From Octopus sinensis (Eukaryota): a DNA stretch of 64,000 nucleotides. Below, one piece after another: positions 12,454 to 25,579 of the stretch (its first letter is position 1; each line of letters begins with the position of its first letter). A program made the position numbers and the translations under genes. Where the stretch lies: contig NC_043008.1 of NCBI RefSeq assembly GCF_006345805.1, forward strand, positions 55,676,001 through 55,740,000. Direction: 5' to 3'. Below the pieces are notes generated by a model that worked only from the letters and a program-made list of their open reading frames with translations, was not told the DNA's origin and ran no database searches.

Positions 12454-14487
12454 TTAATCACCTTATTTTGAAATTGTATGGATAATAATGAACTAAATTC
12501 TAGTGCCTTAACTTAAGTACCATATTCATCTGAATTTAAATTTTTGCACACACATCTATATGTATAATGGACTTCTTTCAGTTTCTACCATATACACTCA
12601 CAAAAAAAAACACATAGCAGTGTTTGTTGTGGCTCTTTGTCTTACCCTTATGTTCTGGGTTCAAATTTCACTGAAGTCGACTTTGTCTTTCATCCTTTTG
12701 GAGATCAATAAAATAAGAACCGGTTCATCAGTGGGGTCAATCTAATTGACTTACCCAACACTTCTGAAATGGTTGGTAAACAATATTATGATGATGTGTC
12801 GAAGTCGGCAGTTGTGACGATAATAATTTGTTGTTATTATTGCATGTTGTAAAATGTGAATGATGAACCAATGCATAAAGTTCTAAGGAAATATTTATTT
12901 ACCATTACGTTACAAATACCTTGCCTTGACGGACAGGTTATGATAAATCCCAAAGCATGCAAAGTAAAGTTTGGTGCGGTAGAATGTGTTTATAGTAGAA
13001 AATACTCAAGGTGCCATGGAGTGGGATTGAACTTGAAACCATGGGGTTGAGAAGCAATGTTCTTAAGCACACAGCCTTGCCTTTATTAATGCTGATGACA
13101 AACTGTTGACTGATTGTCTGCTGGTCTAAGATATGTTCTATCGATTTAGCCAACGGTGTTCTTCTTGTATATGAAATAGTTCTTTTGGTAAAATTTGGAC
13201 ATTTACATTGCATTGTTGGAAGAATTCTTTATATAGCTCTGTGGCGCTTATATATTGCTAAGCAATCATTGAAGCATGGAGTATGACTGGAACTACTTGT
13301 TAGACTGCAAAGCAAGCTCTAGCAAGTAGAATTTTGTCGGGGTGGTCGGGCGAGAGGGGATTGTTGGAGAGTGAGCTGGAGGGAGAGATGATGATCTAAG
13401 AGGTTGATGTAATTAATACTATTTATAGTAGAGTTGGTTCATTAATCTTTTCATGATTGCATTTCTCATGACATACAATGTCTATATTTCAATTAATTTT
13501 TGAAGTAATCACGAATTTTGGAGGCCTTGGTAAAAATAATGAAGTTTATTGATTAATATATTAAGCAGTTGTTTGGAATATAACTTAACAGACAAGTCCT
13601 TGAATAATATCATGATGGAAAGTTTTGAATGAAATATTGAACAATTTAAACAAAAGGACTAACCTATATACTGAACTCACCTGCACATTTTTCTAATAAA
13701 GTTGATCTCTTGCATAGTTTAAATATAGCTTCTCTTTTATCATAATTATATAACCTTTTAAAATGAAGAACCATTTTTGTAATACTGTAACTCTGTGATG
13801 TAATATCGATTTCATATTTTAGCACAAGGCCAGAAATTTCAGAGGTGTTGGGTAAGTCAATTAGATTGACCCCAGTGATGAACTGGTACTTATTTTATTG
13901 ATCCCCCAAAGGATGAAAGACAAAGCCGACTTCAGTGAAATTTGAACTCAGAGCATAAGGGTAAGAAAAAGAGCCACAACAAACACTGCTATGTGATTTT
14001 TTTCTGATACTCTAACAATTTTGCCACCTTAGTCAATTCTTATATTCTTTTACTTGTTTCAATCATTTGATAGCAGCCATGCTGGAGGACCACCTTTAGT
14101 CGAATAAATCGATCTCAGGACTATGTTGATGACGATGATGATAACAATGATGATGATGATGATGATGATGACATACAGGAGAGTCTATAAGGTTGCCAAA
14201 TTTCTTTCAGTTCACAGACTCAAAGTTCATTTTAAAAAAATAAAAGGGGGAGAAATACTGGATAATTTGGGGTTCATGTTTTGTGAGTAGTTGGGGATCT
14301 CACCAGTGCTGGTACAATGAAATAAACACCCATTACACTCTATAAAATGGTTGGCATTAGGAAGGGCATCCAGCTGTGGAAACCATGTCAAAGCAGACAT
14401 TTGGAGATCAACGCAGTCCTCTAGCTCATTGGTTCTTCTTGAAGAACTGTCCAACCCGTGTCAACATGGGAAAAGGGATATTAAATA

Positions 14488-14508
14488 ATGATGATGATGA
14501 TGAAGATG

Positions 14509-14540
<32 letters not shown>

Positions 14541-15000
14541 GACGACGACAATGGTGATGACAATGATGATGATGATGAAGATGATGATGGTGATGATGAT
14601 GATGATGATGATGAAGATGACAACGGTGATGACAATGGTGATGATGATGAAGATGATGATGATGATGATGACAATGGTGATAATAATGAAAATGATGATG
14701 ATGATGACAATGACGACAATGGTGATGATGATGAAGATGATGATGATGATGACAACGATGATGACAATGATGATGATGTTGTTGATGATGATGATGATGA
14801 CAACGATGATGACAATGATGATGATGTTGTTGATGATGATGATGATGACAATTGTGATGACGATGATGACGAGGTTGATGATGATGACAGTGATGATGAT
14901 GATGATGATAGTGATGATGATGATGATGATGATGATGATAACAATGGTGATGATGATGACAATGATGATGATAATGATGGGGATGATGATGATGGTGATG
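14488..15000. repeat. (GAT/GAC)n microsatellite extending from the tail of a family B SINE
   Basis: Direct reading. It follows ...aacccgtgtcaacatgggaaaagggatattaaat. Confidence 0.95.
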
Positions 15001-15814
15001 TTATGGATGAGATGTCTTTCACAATATGTCTGCTGGGTCAGGGCTGAAGCAATGTGGGTATGGGCTGAACAATAACCACCACCACCGCTACCATCACTAC
15101 CACAACAACAACCACAACAGCAGCCAACGAAAAATAAAGCATTGATATCCAATTCAAGAAAAATAAATGCAAGCGTATAGCGAACTAAGTAGCATTACTT
15201 AACGTCTGAGGTTACAGAGATAGAGATAATCCCAAGATCATGATGCTGTCTAGATGAAATGTGGAAGCTTACAAAACTGGCAGATTTGCATAAAATAAAT
15301 ATTTTCAGAAATCTTAATAATAAAAGAAGAATTTACCATTTTGATAAGTAAATGAATGCAGACCTCATGCTATATATTAGTGAGGTATTTGTTGCCATTG
15401 CTGATGCAAGAATATATATTTGAGCTGATAATCACTGACAATATTTTATGTACAAGTTTTGGAGAAGGAAAAAGTGGAATAAATAGCAAAGGGAAATATA
15501 TAAAGAAAGAAAAAACAAACATTAAAAGAAATGGATACAGAGAATGAAAGGAAAAGAAGAGGAATATGAGAAAAAGAAAGAGAAACAGAGAGAGAATAAG
15601 AGAATGTGAGAGAGAGAGGGAATTGGAGAAATATAGGGAAAAGTTTTGATAGCTTAAGTCAGCTGGTTAGACATTTTGAAGACAAATATTGAATATGTAT
15701 GCTTGTGTGTGTGAGCATATATATAAATAAATATATATATATATATTTATTTATTTCGCTTTGAGATTTGGTTTGCAAGATTCTTTATGTGAGTTCGTGT
15801 GTTGAAGCATATTC

Positions 15815-16044
15815 TGTTTTGTCTGGGGAGAGTCATTTTCTTTTTGTGCCTTATGATTTAACACACTCACTGGTAAAATTTCCACTTATTTCTTATTTTT
15901 ATTTTCCTAAATAACTATTGAAAAGGTTGCAAGACGCAATGAAAATTTTAGGAAAATAAAAATAAGAAATAAGTGGAAATTTTGCTAGTGAATGTGTTAA
16001 ATTATAAGGCACAAAAAGAAAATGACTCTCCCTAGACACAACAG
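15815..16044. repeat. Fold-back with about 97-bp arms and a 35-bp loop
   Basis: gagagtcattttctttttgtgcctta...ttttcctaaa pairs with tttaggaaaa...taaggcacaaaaagaaaatgactctc. Confidence 0.9.
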
Positions 16045-16152
16045 TATATACATATATATAGATAGATATACATACAAACACACACACACTATGTTAACTT
16101 GTTCCTGGAGACCGTTCATAAAGCAAAAACTTGTAAAGCAGAGCAATAATAT

Positions 16153-16457
16153 CCCATGGCTGACCAAGGGATTGCACCTAGAAAATTACCCCCGAGGCCC
16201 AAGTCCGAGCAAGGTTGTTTATGGAAGACCAGCAGTCGCCCATGCATACCGGCCTCCCCTCTCCACGTTACCGATGTTGTCCAAGGGAAAGGCAAAGGTT
16301 GATACAGCTTGGCACCAGTGACGTCGCAACTCAATTCTACAGCTGAGTGAACTGGAACAATGTGAAATAAAGTGTCTTCCTCAAGAACACAACACACAAC
16401 CTGGTTCAGGATTCGAACTCACAACTTCACGATTGTAAGCTCAATACTCTAACCACA
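16153..16457 (-). mobile_element. tRNA-headed SINE (family C here)
   Basis: Reverse complement of the copy at 40694-41030. Confidence 0.85.
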
Positions 16458-16519
16458 GTCAAATAACTGAAACAAATAAGAGTATAGGAGTAAAAGAATA
16501 AGAGAATATATATATATAT

Positions 16520-16895
16520 ACACTTTTTTCTCTTTTACTTGTTTAAGTCATTTGACTGCGGCCATGCTGGAGCACTGCCTTTAGTCGAGCAAATCGACCC
16601 TGGGACTTATTCTTTGTAAGCCCAGTACTTATTCTATCGGTCTCTTTTGCTGAACCGCTAAGTGACGGGGACGTAAACACACCAGCAATGTCAATCAATG
16701 CTAAGGGGACAAACACAGGCACACAAACATATATATATACATATATACGACGGGCTTCTTTCAGTTTCCGTCTACCAAATCCACTCACAAGGCATATAGC
16801 AGAAGACACTTGCCCAAGATGTCACGCAGTGGGACTGAACCCGGAACCATGAGGTTGGTTAGCAAGCTACTTACCACACAGCCACTCCTGCGCAT
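16520..16895 (-). mobile_element. Full-length tRNA-headed SINE (family A here) with internal (TA)n
   Basis: Matches copies at 21488-21866, 27518-27938, 48110-48500 and 59780-60160. Confidence 0.9.
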
Positions 16896-17464
16896 ATATA
16901 TACATATATATATATATATCATCTTCATCATCATTTAATGTCCATCTTCCATGCTGGCATGGATAGATGGTTTGAGAGGAGCTGGCCAGGCTCCAAATTG
17001 TCTGTTGTGGCATGGTTTCTACAGTTGGATGCCCTTCCTGATGTCAACTGCTTTGCAGAGTGTGTTGGGTCCTTTTCACATTTTCACAGCATCGCCATGA
17101 GTGCAATTCATGTGGCTCTGGCACCTCTGAAGGACCGGCCTGTATGTATGGATGACTGTGATTTTACTTAGCTTGATGTGTCTTCTCGGACACCACAAAT
17201 CACTGCAACTTCCAGTCCCTTTATATATTTGTATATGCACACACACACAAACTTTATTTGTGGTTAACAAAGCTACCAATGGTTTCATGTAAAGAGAAAT
17301 GTTTCAACAACTATCAAGCCTGCCACATGAGAATGCTGCCACTCATCTTCATCACACACACACACACATATATTACATATACATACTACATATAATTTAC
17401 ATTCACACACACATATATAAGGGAAAAGAGATGAAGTGGATGGGGTACACAGAAAAATAGTAAA

Positions 17465-17493
17465 AACAGACAGACAGACAGATAAATAGATAG

Positions 17494-17524
<31 letters not shown>

Positions 17525-17529
17525 GATAA

Positions 17530-17573
<44 letters not shown>

Positions 17574-17790
17574 GTAGATAGATAGATAGATAGACAGATA
17601 GATAGATAGGTAGATAGATGGATGGATCGATAGATAGATAGCTAGACAGATAGATAGATGGATGGATAGATAGATAGCTTGACAGATAGATAGATAGATA
17701 GATAGATAGATATGTATAGATAGGCAGATAGATAGATATATATGTATAGATAGATAGATATGTATAGATAGATAGATAGATAGATTAGAC
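17465..17790. repeat. (GATA)n tetranucleotide array
   Basis: Direct reading. Confidence 0.95.
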
Positions 17791-19959
17791 AGATAAAAAT
17801 AAATCAAAATGGCTAAAATTAGAATGATGAATGTATAAATAAGTTAATAAAACCGTTTATAAAAAGATTGCAGTCAGAAAGAATGTCTGGAAGAAAATGA
17901 AGGGAAAATAATGTTTGTCTGCTGTTTCCAAAGTTTCAATCAAATTTGAGAATAAATGCATTAAGATTCTCCACCATAGCCTAAGGTTAATAACAGTCAG
18001 ATATACATTATTAAAATCTTGTGGAACTTGGAACTGTATTGATTTATTATATAAGTGGAAAGCCTTGGATTTATGTAGGAATGAAGGAGGAGAGAGATTG
18101 CATGGTGGTCATGTTTTATCTCTCTCTCAAGGATGTCAGTGATTACAATGAATTAAATCACAATTTCTGTGACAAGACGATGATTGGAGTTTTCTGATCT
18201 GAGATTGAGTATTAGAACGGATTTTGTTTGTATGACATTTCCCTTGAAGAGAAGAGGAGAGACATTTGAACTTAGCCACTTTGATAACATAACTACCTCA
18301 CATCAAAATACCTTTTCAAAAGAATTGTTGAAATATGTTGCTGTTCTTTTTTATTTATTTTGTTTTTTTCAGTAGCTGTGTCTGTAGAAAAGGGCAGTAC
18401 TTATGATTTTTTGCAGACTTTCCAAGACAAATTCAAGAGCCATGTTTTTCAGTAATTTTACTGAACATTGAAACATCAAAATACATTCATTTGCTGCACT
18501 ATATCAATGTGTCCTTTCAACATTTTCATTGTTATGAAATGTCGCAGCCAGGACTGAAGTACCATATTTGATGGCATATTATATGCACATAAAGCGGTGA
18601 CAAACAAAAGCAAAAAACACATCTGTAATAAAAGATAAAAGATATTTGGCAGGCTTCTTTCAGTTTCTCTTGACCTAATAAGCTCACAAGGTTTTGGTCT
18701 GCCCAGGGCTGTAGTAGAAGACGCTGGACCAAGGTACCATATAGTGGAACTGAACCCCAAGGTTACATTCTAGATATTTTGTATCTCATCAAATTTTCTT
18801 TATTTCATGTGCTGCCGCCATCGCCACCTTCTTCTTCTTCATCCTTTAACGTCCCTTTTACAGACTGGTATGGGTTGTACAGTTTCACAGGTGCTGGCAA
18901 GCCACAGGATTGAACCAAGCTCCATTGTCTGTTCTGGCATAATATATCCATGGCTGGATGCCCTTCTCAATACCAATTACTTTACAGTAATTGCACTGGG
19001 TGCCTTTTACAGGACACCAGCACCAATACAATAACCATGTAACACACAAGACAGAAACCGTTCAACTGAGGGGCTGCAATATCGAGGAAAGTGGCTTTAT
19101 GCTACACAACGAGAGTTTACAGTATGGAAGAGGGACAGCAACGTTAACATCAACGTACTGCCTGACTGGCCCTTGTACCAGTGGTATGTAAAAGCACCCC
19201 CTACACTCTCAGAGTGCTTGGCGTTAGGAAGGGCATCCAGCTGTAGAAACTCTGCCAGATCAGATTGGAGCCTAGTGCAGCCATCTGGTTCGCCAATCCT
19301 CAGTCAAATTGTCCAACCCATGCCAGCATGGAAAGCGGACGTTAAACAATGATGATGATGATGATGATGATGATAATGATGATGATTAATAGTTGTGGAT
19401 ATTAAGCTTCCTTTTATGCAAATCATTCACTGGCTACTTGCAGTCATATGCATTGTTAAACACACACACACACAGAAACAACATAAAAACAACAACAACA
19501 ACGATATAAGAGTTTTAACATATTTATTCCACAGTACAAATAATAATTTACTTCCACATCTTGTGGACATCATATAAGAATAGTAATCTTTCCTTTATTT
19601 GCAGCAAGGACAATACAAATCCAAGTTTGTGGCCAGGGGACTAGTCAATTACATCGATCCCATTGTTTTACTGGTACTTGATTTATCGACCCTGAACGAA
19701 TAACAATAATAATAATAGTTTCTAATCTAAGCACAAGGCCAGCAATTTTGATAGCAGGAGGGGTTACTCAGTTCAATTGATCCCCACTGTTCTTGACTAA
19801 TATTTTATTTTTTATTTACTCTGAAATGATGAAAGGAAAAGCTGACCTTAGTGGAATTTAAACTTAGTACATATAGGGCTGGAACAAATACCACAAGGTA
19901 ATTTCTCCAATGCTGTAATGGTTCTATCGATCCACTGCTCTTCATCCATTACAAGGTTC

Positions 19960-20115
19960 AGTCCTTGTTTGTGGTGTGGAGGCTTGTATGCCTCAATGAC
20001 ACCAAGAACTATGCCAGCAAAGCGCAAGTTCTTGATAGGGCCTCCCATGCTGGACAGGCCAAAGGACAGAGGGCAGACTAAAAGGGACCATTTCTTCCCA
20101 CAGGTAAAAATGGGT
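19960..20115. mobile_element. Terminal segment of a probable RTE-clade LINE; diverged inverted copy at 55140-55280
   Basis: The reverse complement (cctttggcctgtccagcatgggaggccct...gctggcatag...cacaaacaaggac) aligns with 55140-55280. Family assignment is from memory only. Confidence 0.45.
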
Positions 20116-20750
20116 TTGTATAGGGCCAACACTGTTACTAAAAACAAAAAGTAGTAACAGAAGCATCAATGGCAACACTAAACCCAACAAGACCTGGGGT
20201 AGGACAGTCCAAGAAAATTGTGTCAATGGCTTATGCTTGTAAGCAAGTGATCGCTCTAAGTAATAATTTCTAACATAGGAGGCACGAGGCCTGAAATTTG
20301 GAGGAGGGGGCAAGGAAGTCAGTTATAGTAATCCCCACCATCAGTACTCAGCTGGTACTTTATTTTATCAACCACCGAAGGGATGAGAGGCAAAGTGGAC
20401 CTCAGCAAGATTTGAACCCAGAATGTAAAGAACAGCAAGATATACTGGATGGCATTTTGTCCAGAATCTGTTAATCTGCCACCGTTACCTTAAAGAATAA
20501 GAACTGTAATAAATGTATAATGAAGCTGGTGCAATATTGGTGCCAGATTTAGAGTTTTCATTTAAAAAGGAAACTCAACAAAGTTAACCAAAGTAGTCCA
20601 TTATTTCAGCCTAATGATATGAGATATTAAATAATTACATAGCTCTCTCTCTCTCTCTGTCTTTCTTTCTCTTGATCTCTTTCTTTCTTTCTTTCTTTCA
20701 CAAGTCCCATTCATAATTTCTTATTGTAAATCTCTTAAATACTTTTAACA

Positions 20751-20858
20751 TTTATTATGAAACTTTTTCCCCCCATCTCTCTCTCTCTCACTTTTTACAG
20801 TTTTACTCTTCTTTTCTATTAGCTCTCTCTTAAACTTTCCCCTTGTTCCTTCTTTATT
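20751..20858 (-). promoter_or_regulatory. Candidate polyadenylation signals (AATAAA) for DCTN3
   Basis: Plus-strand TTTATT at 20853-20858 and 20751-20756, about 155-265 nt downstream of the stop. The background is AT-rich, so this is weak evidence. Confidence 0.3.
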
Positions 20859-21013
20859 TCTCTCTCTCTCTTTCGTCTCATAATTTTCTCTCATTTTTAT
20901 CATCTCTCTCTCTATCTCTCAAAAACACATATACACAGATAGGCTTTAAGTGCAGAAAAAGAAAATGCAAAAAAAAAAAAAGCAAAAAAAAAAGTTTTCC
21001 CAATTTTAGTATT

Positions 21014-21103
21014 TCAATCAGCTTTCTTTACTGGTTTTGCCTGGATTTCCATATCGGTAAGCATTTGGTCCCAAACAACAAACTGTTTAGAAAGAGTGGT
21101 GAT
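21014..21103 (-). CDS. DCTN3: Dynactin subunit 3 last coding exon (90 nt incl. TGA), ITTLSKQFVVWDQMLTDMEIQAKPVKKAD*
   Basis: Acceptor aaatcaaatcttttag. Contains the LSKQFVxWD motif of human [29 protein letters not shown]. Stop codon at 21014-21016. Confidence 0.93.
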   Translation of the reverse strand: MTTLSKQFVVWDQMLTDMEIQAKPVKKAD

Positions 21104-21487
21104 CTAAAAGATTTGATTTAAGGCTTATAACTGAAACAATGAACCTTACTGGAAAAAAAAATAAGAAAAATAAAAACATATTGAAAGAAATACAAAATTA
21201 TATCATTAAAAGTAAAGAGGCTATGACAATAAGATGACATGAGGTCTAAGGTACCATATTTTCCAAAATGCAAGTTAAATTTCCCAGGTCAAAATTTACA
21301 GCCAAAAAAGGCTGGCTGACTTATACATTCAGATGTGTTTGGAGGACCAAAAATTCCATGCTAGCATAGAATATGGATGTTAAATGATGATGATTACCTA
21401 TGTATGATGTCTGGGATTCTTAGAAAATATAGTAAAGAAAGAGATTTTTGTTTTTCTTAAGAATATTTCTAATATAGTCACAACTCT

Positions 21488-21866
21488 CTTTACTCTTTCA
21501 CTTGTTTCAGTCATTTGACTGTGGCCATGCTGGAGCACCGCCTTTAGTCGAGCAAATCGACCCTGGGACTTATTCTTTGTAAGCCCAGTACTTATTCTAT
21601 CGGCCTCTTTTGCCGAACTGCTAAGTAACGGGGACATAAACACACCAGCATTGGTTGTCAAGCAATGCTAGGGGGACAAACACAGACACACACACACACA
21701 TATACGACGGGCTTCTTTCATTTTCCGTCTACCAAATCCACTCACAAGGCTTTGGTCGGCCCTGGGCTATAGCAGAAGACACTTGCCCAAGGTGCCACGC
21801 AGTGGGACTGAACCTGGAACCATGAAGTTGGTAAACAAGCTACTTACCACAGAGACACTCCTACGC
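21488..21866 (-). mobile_element. Full-length family A SINE in DCTN3 intron 6
   Basis: Same head, core and tail as 27518-27938. Confidence 0.9.
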
Positions 21867-22199
21867 CTATCCTACAAGGATACTTAATCAACATTTCTGA
21901 AGGATGCCAAGTAAAGTTGACTTCGGCAGGGTTCCTACTCAGAACATAAAGAGACATAAACAAATGCCGTAGGGCATTTTGTCTGACACTCAAGAATTAT
22001 TAATGAAGTCTGTGAGTAAAATATTTCCAACTAAGAGTAAAAGCATAAATTAAATAATGAAAGTGATTCCGGAAAAGGAGGTATGAAAGTGCTATTACGA
22101 AAGGTTATTAGATGTGGAGAATGCTTGGGAGAAAGAGGGTCTTCCTAGTATGGACTCAACAGAGAGGCCAGCTATCCTAGTCGATAGAAGTGTGAGAGA

Positions 22200-22604
22200 T
22201 AAAACAGTTAGTTAATTTTTTGGCTCAAAAAGCAAAAAGCAAGGCCATGTAGGGGGACATGGAGTTATGTACAGGGGTGTTCATGCAAAGAGTTCAGGCC
22301 ATTTCTGGTCAAGAGAGACTTTGAACCGAGCGGTCGTCAGCATCTTCACTATCTCGTTCGGCAGCTTATTCCACAGATCTGCAACCCGGACGGAGAAAGC
22401 CCCTCTCCTTCGATTGAGATGAAATCGTCGCAGATAGAACTTTTCGGAATGACCCCGCAGCCTGCGCTCTGGAGCAGGAGTGAAGAACAGCTCTTTCGAG
22501 AGGTTACACTTTCCGCTTATGATATTGTGAGCAAGAATGAGATCACCATGGTGGCGGCGTTTTAAAGATATGAGGGCAGGGAGATCCCCCAGTACATCAG
22601 ACAA
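22200..22604 (-). mobile_element. 5'-truncated CR1-type LINE: end of ORF2 plus 3' UTR
   Basis: ORF 22281..22604 has RRHHGDLILAHNII...RRLRGHSEK...FSVRVADLWNKLP...FKVSLD, the typical CR1 RT C-terminal tail. The frame is uninterrupted. Confidence 0.88.
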
Positions 22605-23336
22605 TCACTACTGGAGATACTTCAGATCTCAAACAATCTTCACAGGTAAAATTACACGTTAATTGCACAAACACATAGATGTCATTGTCATTTTCATCAT
22701 CACTTTATGTCCATTCTTCTGTGCATTGGATTGGAACAATTTACTAAGGCAGTGTTTTACTTTGCAACAAAAAAAAAAAAAAAAAAACGAAGAAAAGGCT
22801 GGTTAAAAGGAATAAAAATGGAATATGTTTTTGGATAAGTGACAGAATGCTCCTCTGCTCTCTATAAGTGAGAATCGACTACATTTTCAAAGTGACAGAT
22901 ATTGAATAACGGTGACAAACCAGCTACTAAAACAGATGTAGCTATATTTTTTTGAAATAATAATAAAAATTAAATTTGCTTGAAGTTATAAAAATGTGAC
23001 AGATGTCTGCGACTGTCTTACAAAACTAATTAATTTATGAGTGTAGTGACAGCTAAAGTCTGCTGATATATATGTCATAGTAAAGTCTAGCATTAAATAC
23101 AATAAACCAAAGCTGATTTTAGAGAATTAATTTTATAGGACTAGGATCATGGGAATGGTTTGATGTACCTCACCTCAGTGATGCAAATGTTGGGAAGATA
23201 AGCGATAAAAAAAGCTTCGTTCATATTAGCTGAATACAAAATTTTAAACACAGCAGGAAGAGAAGAAGAAAAAGTGTTTGATCATGTTATACCAGTTGAT
23301 TCTAAAGATATTTCTGTTTCTATATAAAAAGGATAC

Positions 23337-23396
23337 CACAGAATTGTAAGTACCAAGCAGTGCTTTCGCTTTATCTGTCAAATGAGCAGCTTGATC
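23337..23396 (-). CDS. DCTN3: Dynactin subunit 3 internal exon (60 nt, phase 0-0; putative exon 6), DQAAHLTDKAKALLGTYNSV
   Basis: Acceptor ttctttcttttctgtttcag and donor GTG|GTATCC. Matches human [20 protein letters not shown]. Confidence 0.92.
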
Positions 23397-23437
23397 CTGA
23401 AACAGAAAAGAAAGAAATTATTGGGATCTTTTACCTT

Positions 23438-24009
23438 TTGACCTACAGATTTAAAAAATAATATTTTGTAACTAAACACATTCAAACTTCAGACACTGGT
23501 AGAATGTGTCATATAAAATATTTTTTACTCTTAGCATTTTTGAGAAAAACTTATATTTATGAAGTTATTTCATGTCAAAGTTCTCATATTTCAGTAATTT
23601 CAACCAATCAATGACGTGTATTCAGCTGAATAAAATTACTGCTGTCGTTTGTCAACAAGAACTTCCAGCGGTGTATATTTCATCTGTCACTGTTATTTAT
23701 GACAACCCTCCTAACACCTTAACCCTAACCCTAAAACCTTAAAACAAGTACAAACGCACGAACGATGTCATAAATAACAGTGACAAACGAAAAATACACT
23801 GCCGATAGTTGTTTTATTCAGCTGAATACACATCATTGATTGGTTGAAATTACCGAAATACGAGAACTTTGATGTGAAATGACTTCATAAATATAAGTTT
23901 TTCTCAAAAATGCTAAGAGTAAAACATGTTTTATATGACACATTCTACCAGTGTCCGAAGTTTGAAAGTGTTTAGTTACAAAAAATTATTTTTAAAATCT
24001 GTAGGTCAA
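23438..24009. mobile_element. Palindromic MITE-like element with about 200-bp terminal inverted arms, inner inverted repeats and a central (CCCTAA)-like loop
   Basis: 23438-23636 is the reverse complement of 23813-24009. Inner arms ctgtcactgttatttatgaca / tgtcataaataacagtgaca. The loop contains taaccctaaccctaa. Confidence 0.9.
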
Positions 24010-24325
24010 TTATTGTCTGTTAATTGAAAATTTTATAATGTCTCAGCTTAAATCAATATGATATTTTTATCAGTGTGACAGATATTAAATGGACAAAAAG
24101 ATTAAATAATTCCTTTCATGGGTAGAACTCTTACAGTAGATTTTGAACTCTTGCTTCTCTCTTAAATATTCATCACTCTTCTTTGCTTTTACCATAATTT
24201 ATTCAGTTCTTTGAATTCCAACAAATTTGTAAATAAATTCTCTCAGTGATAATGCTAAGAATAGCCAAAGAAGTGGGAGCGGGGCACAAATACACACAAA
24301 TAAGTAAAACAAGTATGTAACTGAC

Positions 24326-24384
24326 CTGTTGGTTTAAATGGACTTGGCTGAGTTCCTGCATTTTTTCATGACTCATAGAAGAAG
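24326..24384 (-). CDS. DCTN3: Dynactin subunit 3 internal exon (59 nt, phase 1-0; putative exon 5), (A)SSMSHEKMQELSQVHLNQQ
   Basis: Acceptor cactgtttttcag and donor CAG|GTCAGT. Same length as, and similar to, human (A)VPEHAARLQRLAQIHIQQQ. Confidence 0.9.
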
Positions 24385-25194
24385 CTGAAAAACAGTGAAT
24401 CTTGCCTTGAAGTTCATCAGTCATCAACAACAAACAAGAAATTCAGGGCAACATATAGGAAATAAACAAAATGTTTGAAAAGTGATGTTTCTTCCTAAAG
24501 ATGTCAGGAAGTGTTCTCCCAAAACAAGTTTTTTACCATCTACTACATCTGAAGATTCTTACTTCTGGAAGTAATAAATACTAAACCACGTCATGATGAA
24601 TTCTGTAGAGGAAGATGATTCCAGGTTGAAGCCAATATATGTTTCTTATACTGAGAATGCTACAGACAAAAGAATCACACAGCATCATTTTCCTTCTACT
24701 ACAAATCAGATATTAATTTTTCTTTTCCTTACTAGGAGTAGAAGAAGGGGCAACACTTATGACCTTTGCAGGCTCTCCTGCAGTGGTGAGGTTGATGTTG
24801 AGAGCTATTCAAGCAAAGTGCAAGCTCTTGGCAGGGCCTCCTATGTTATATAATGTTCAACTATTATTACTTAATATTCCCCCCAAAAAACATACACTAC
24901 AGTCAATTTTAAAAATATAAAAAGATAATAAACTCAATACATTTACTTAAATATTATTACAAGTATTATACAATATATCAAATAATTTCAAAGGAATGAA
25001 ACCAGACTAATATGGACCACTTCTTCACAGAGGTATAAAAAAAAGGGTATCCCAGAGGTATAAAAAAAAGGGGTATCTCTTCCTAAGAAAAAAGAGCAAA
25101 GTTATAGATGTCTCAGTGACTATTCACAACCATGGAAAACAGAAAAGAGCCCAGAGTCGAGAATAGTGGACCCATGATCAACAAGGAGTGAAGG

Positions 25195-25500
25195 GCTTAA
25201 GTAAGTAAATGAACTTTTTTTGAGTTAACATTTGTGTGAAAGACATGAGTAGGGAGGAAATTCCAGAGGGTTCATGTTCTGGTAATGAAGGTCAGGGTAT
25301 AGGGATTAGTGTGGAGTCTGGTATAAGGATTGGGTGGACACAACAAGGGTGATCAGAGGAGAAGATATGAACAGGATGAAAATACCATGGTTGGCCATGT
25401 CATGCACCCTGACAGTTCTGAGGTGTACAAACAGTCCATCAATAGGGTACCAAACAACTGACCAAAGAGTCATTGGTTCTCATCATATGACAGGCATAAA
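25195..25500 (-). mobile_element. Highly degenerate LINE (L2/CR1/Jockey group) RT C-terminal tail
   Basis: The minus strand gives ...FITRT*TLWNFLPTHVF... and ...GLFVHLRTVRVH..., resembling the SFxxRTxxLWNxLP motif. Confidence 0.5.
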
Positions 25501-25579
25501 GTTTCAATTGCTGGGTCCATCAAACTCTGAGTAACATGCTGTTTGTTAAGCCCTTCTCAGGTCAGCCCTGATCAAACAT

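Noticed and set aside
13090-13270. Possible Penelope ORF N-terminal fragment (EFFQQCNVNVQILPKEL)
   Set aside because: Too short and degenerate to assign by eye.
14376-15152. Poly-Asp/Met/Ser/Ile ORFs; same for 1722-2163, 30533-31058 and 58201-58699
   Set aside because: These are (GAT)n expansions, not proteins.
24736-24850. Strong plus-strand acceptor with open frame VEEGATLMTFAGSPAVVR...
   Set aside because: No convincing donor or partner exon. It lies antisense in DCTN3 intron 4.
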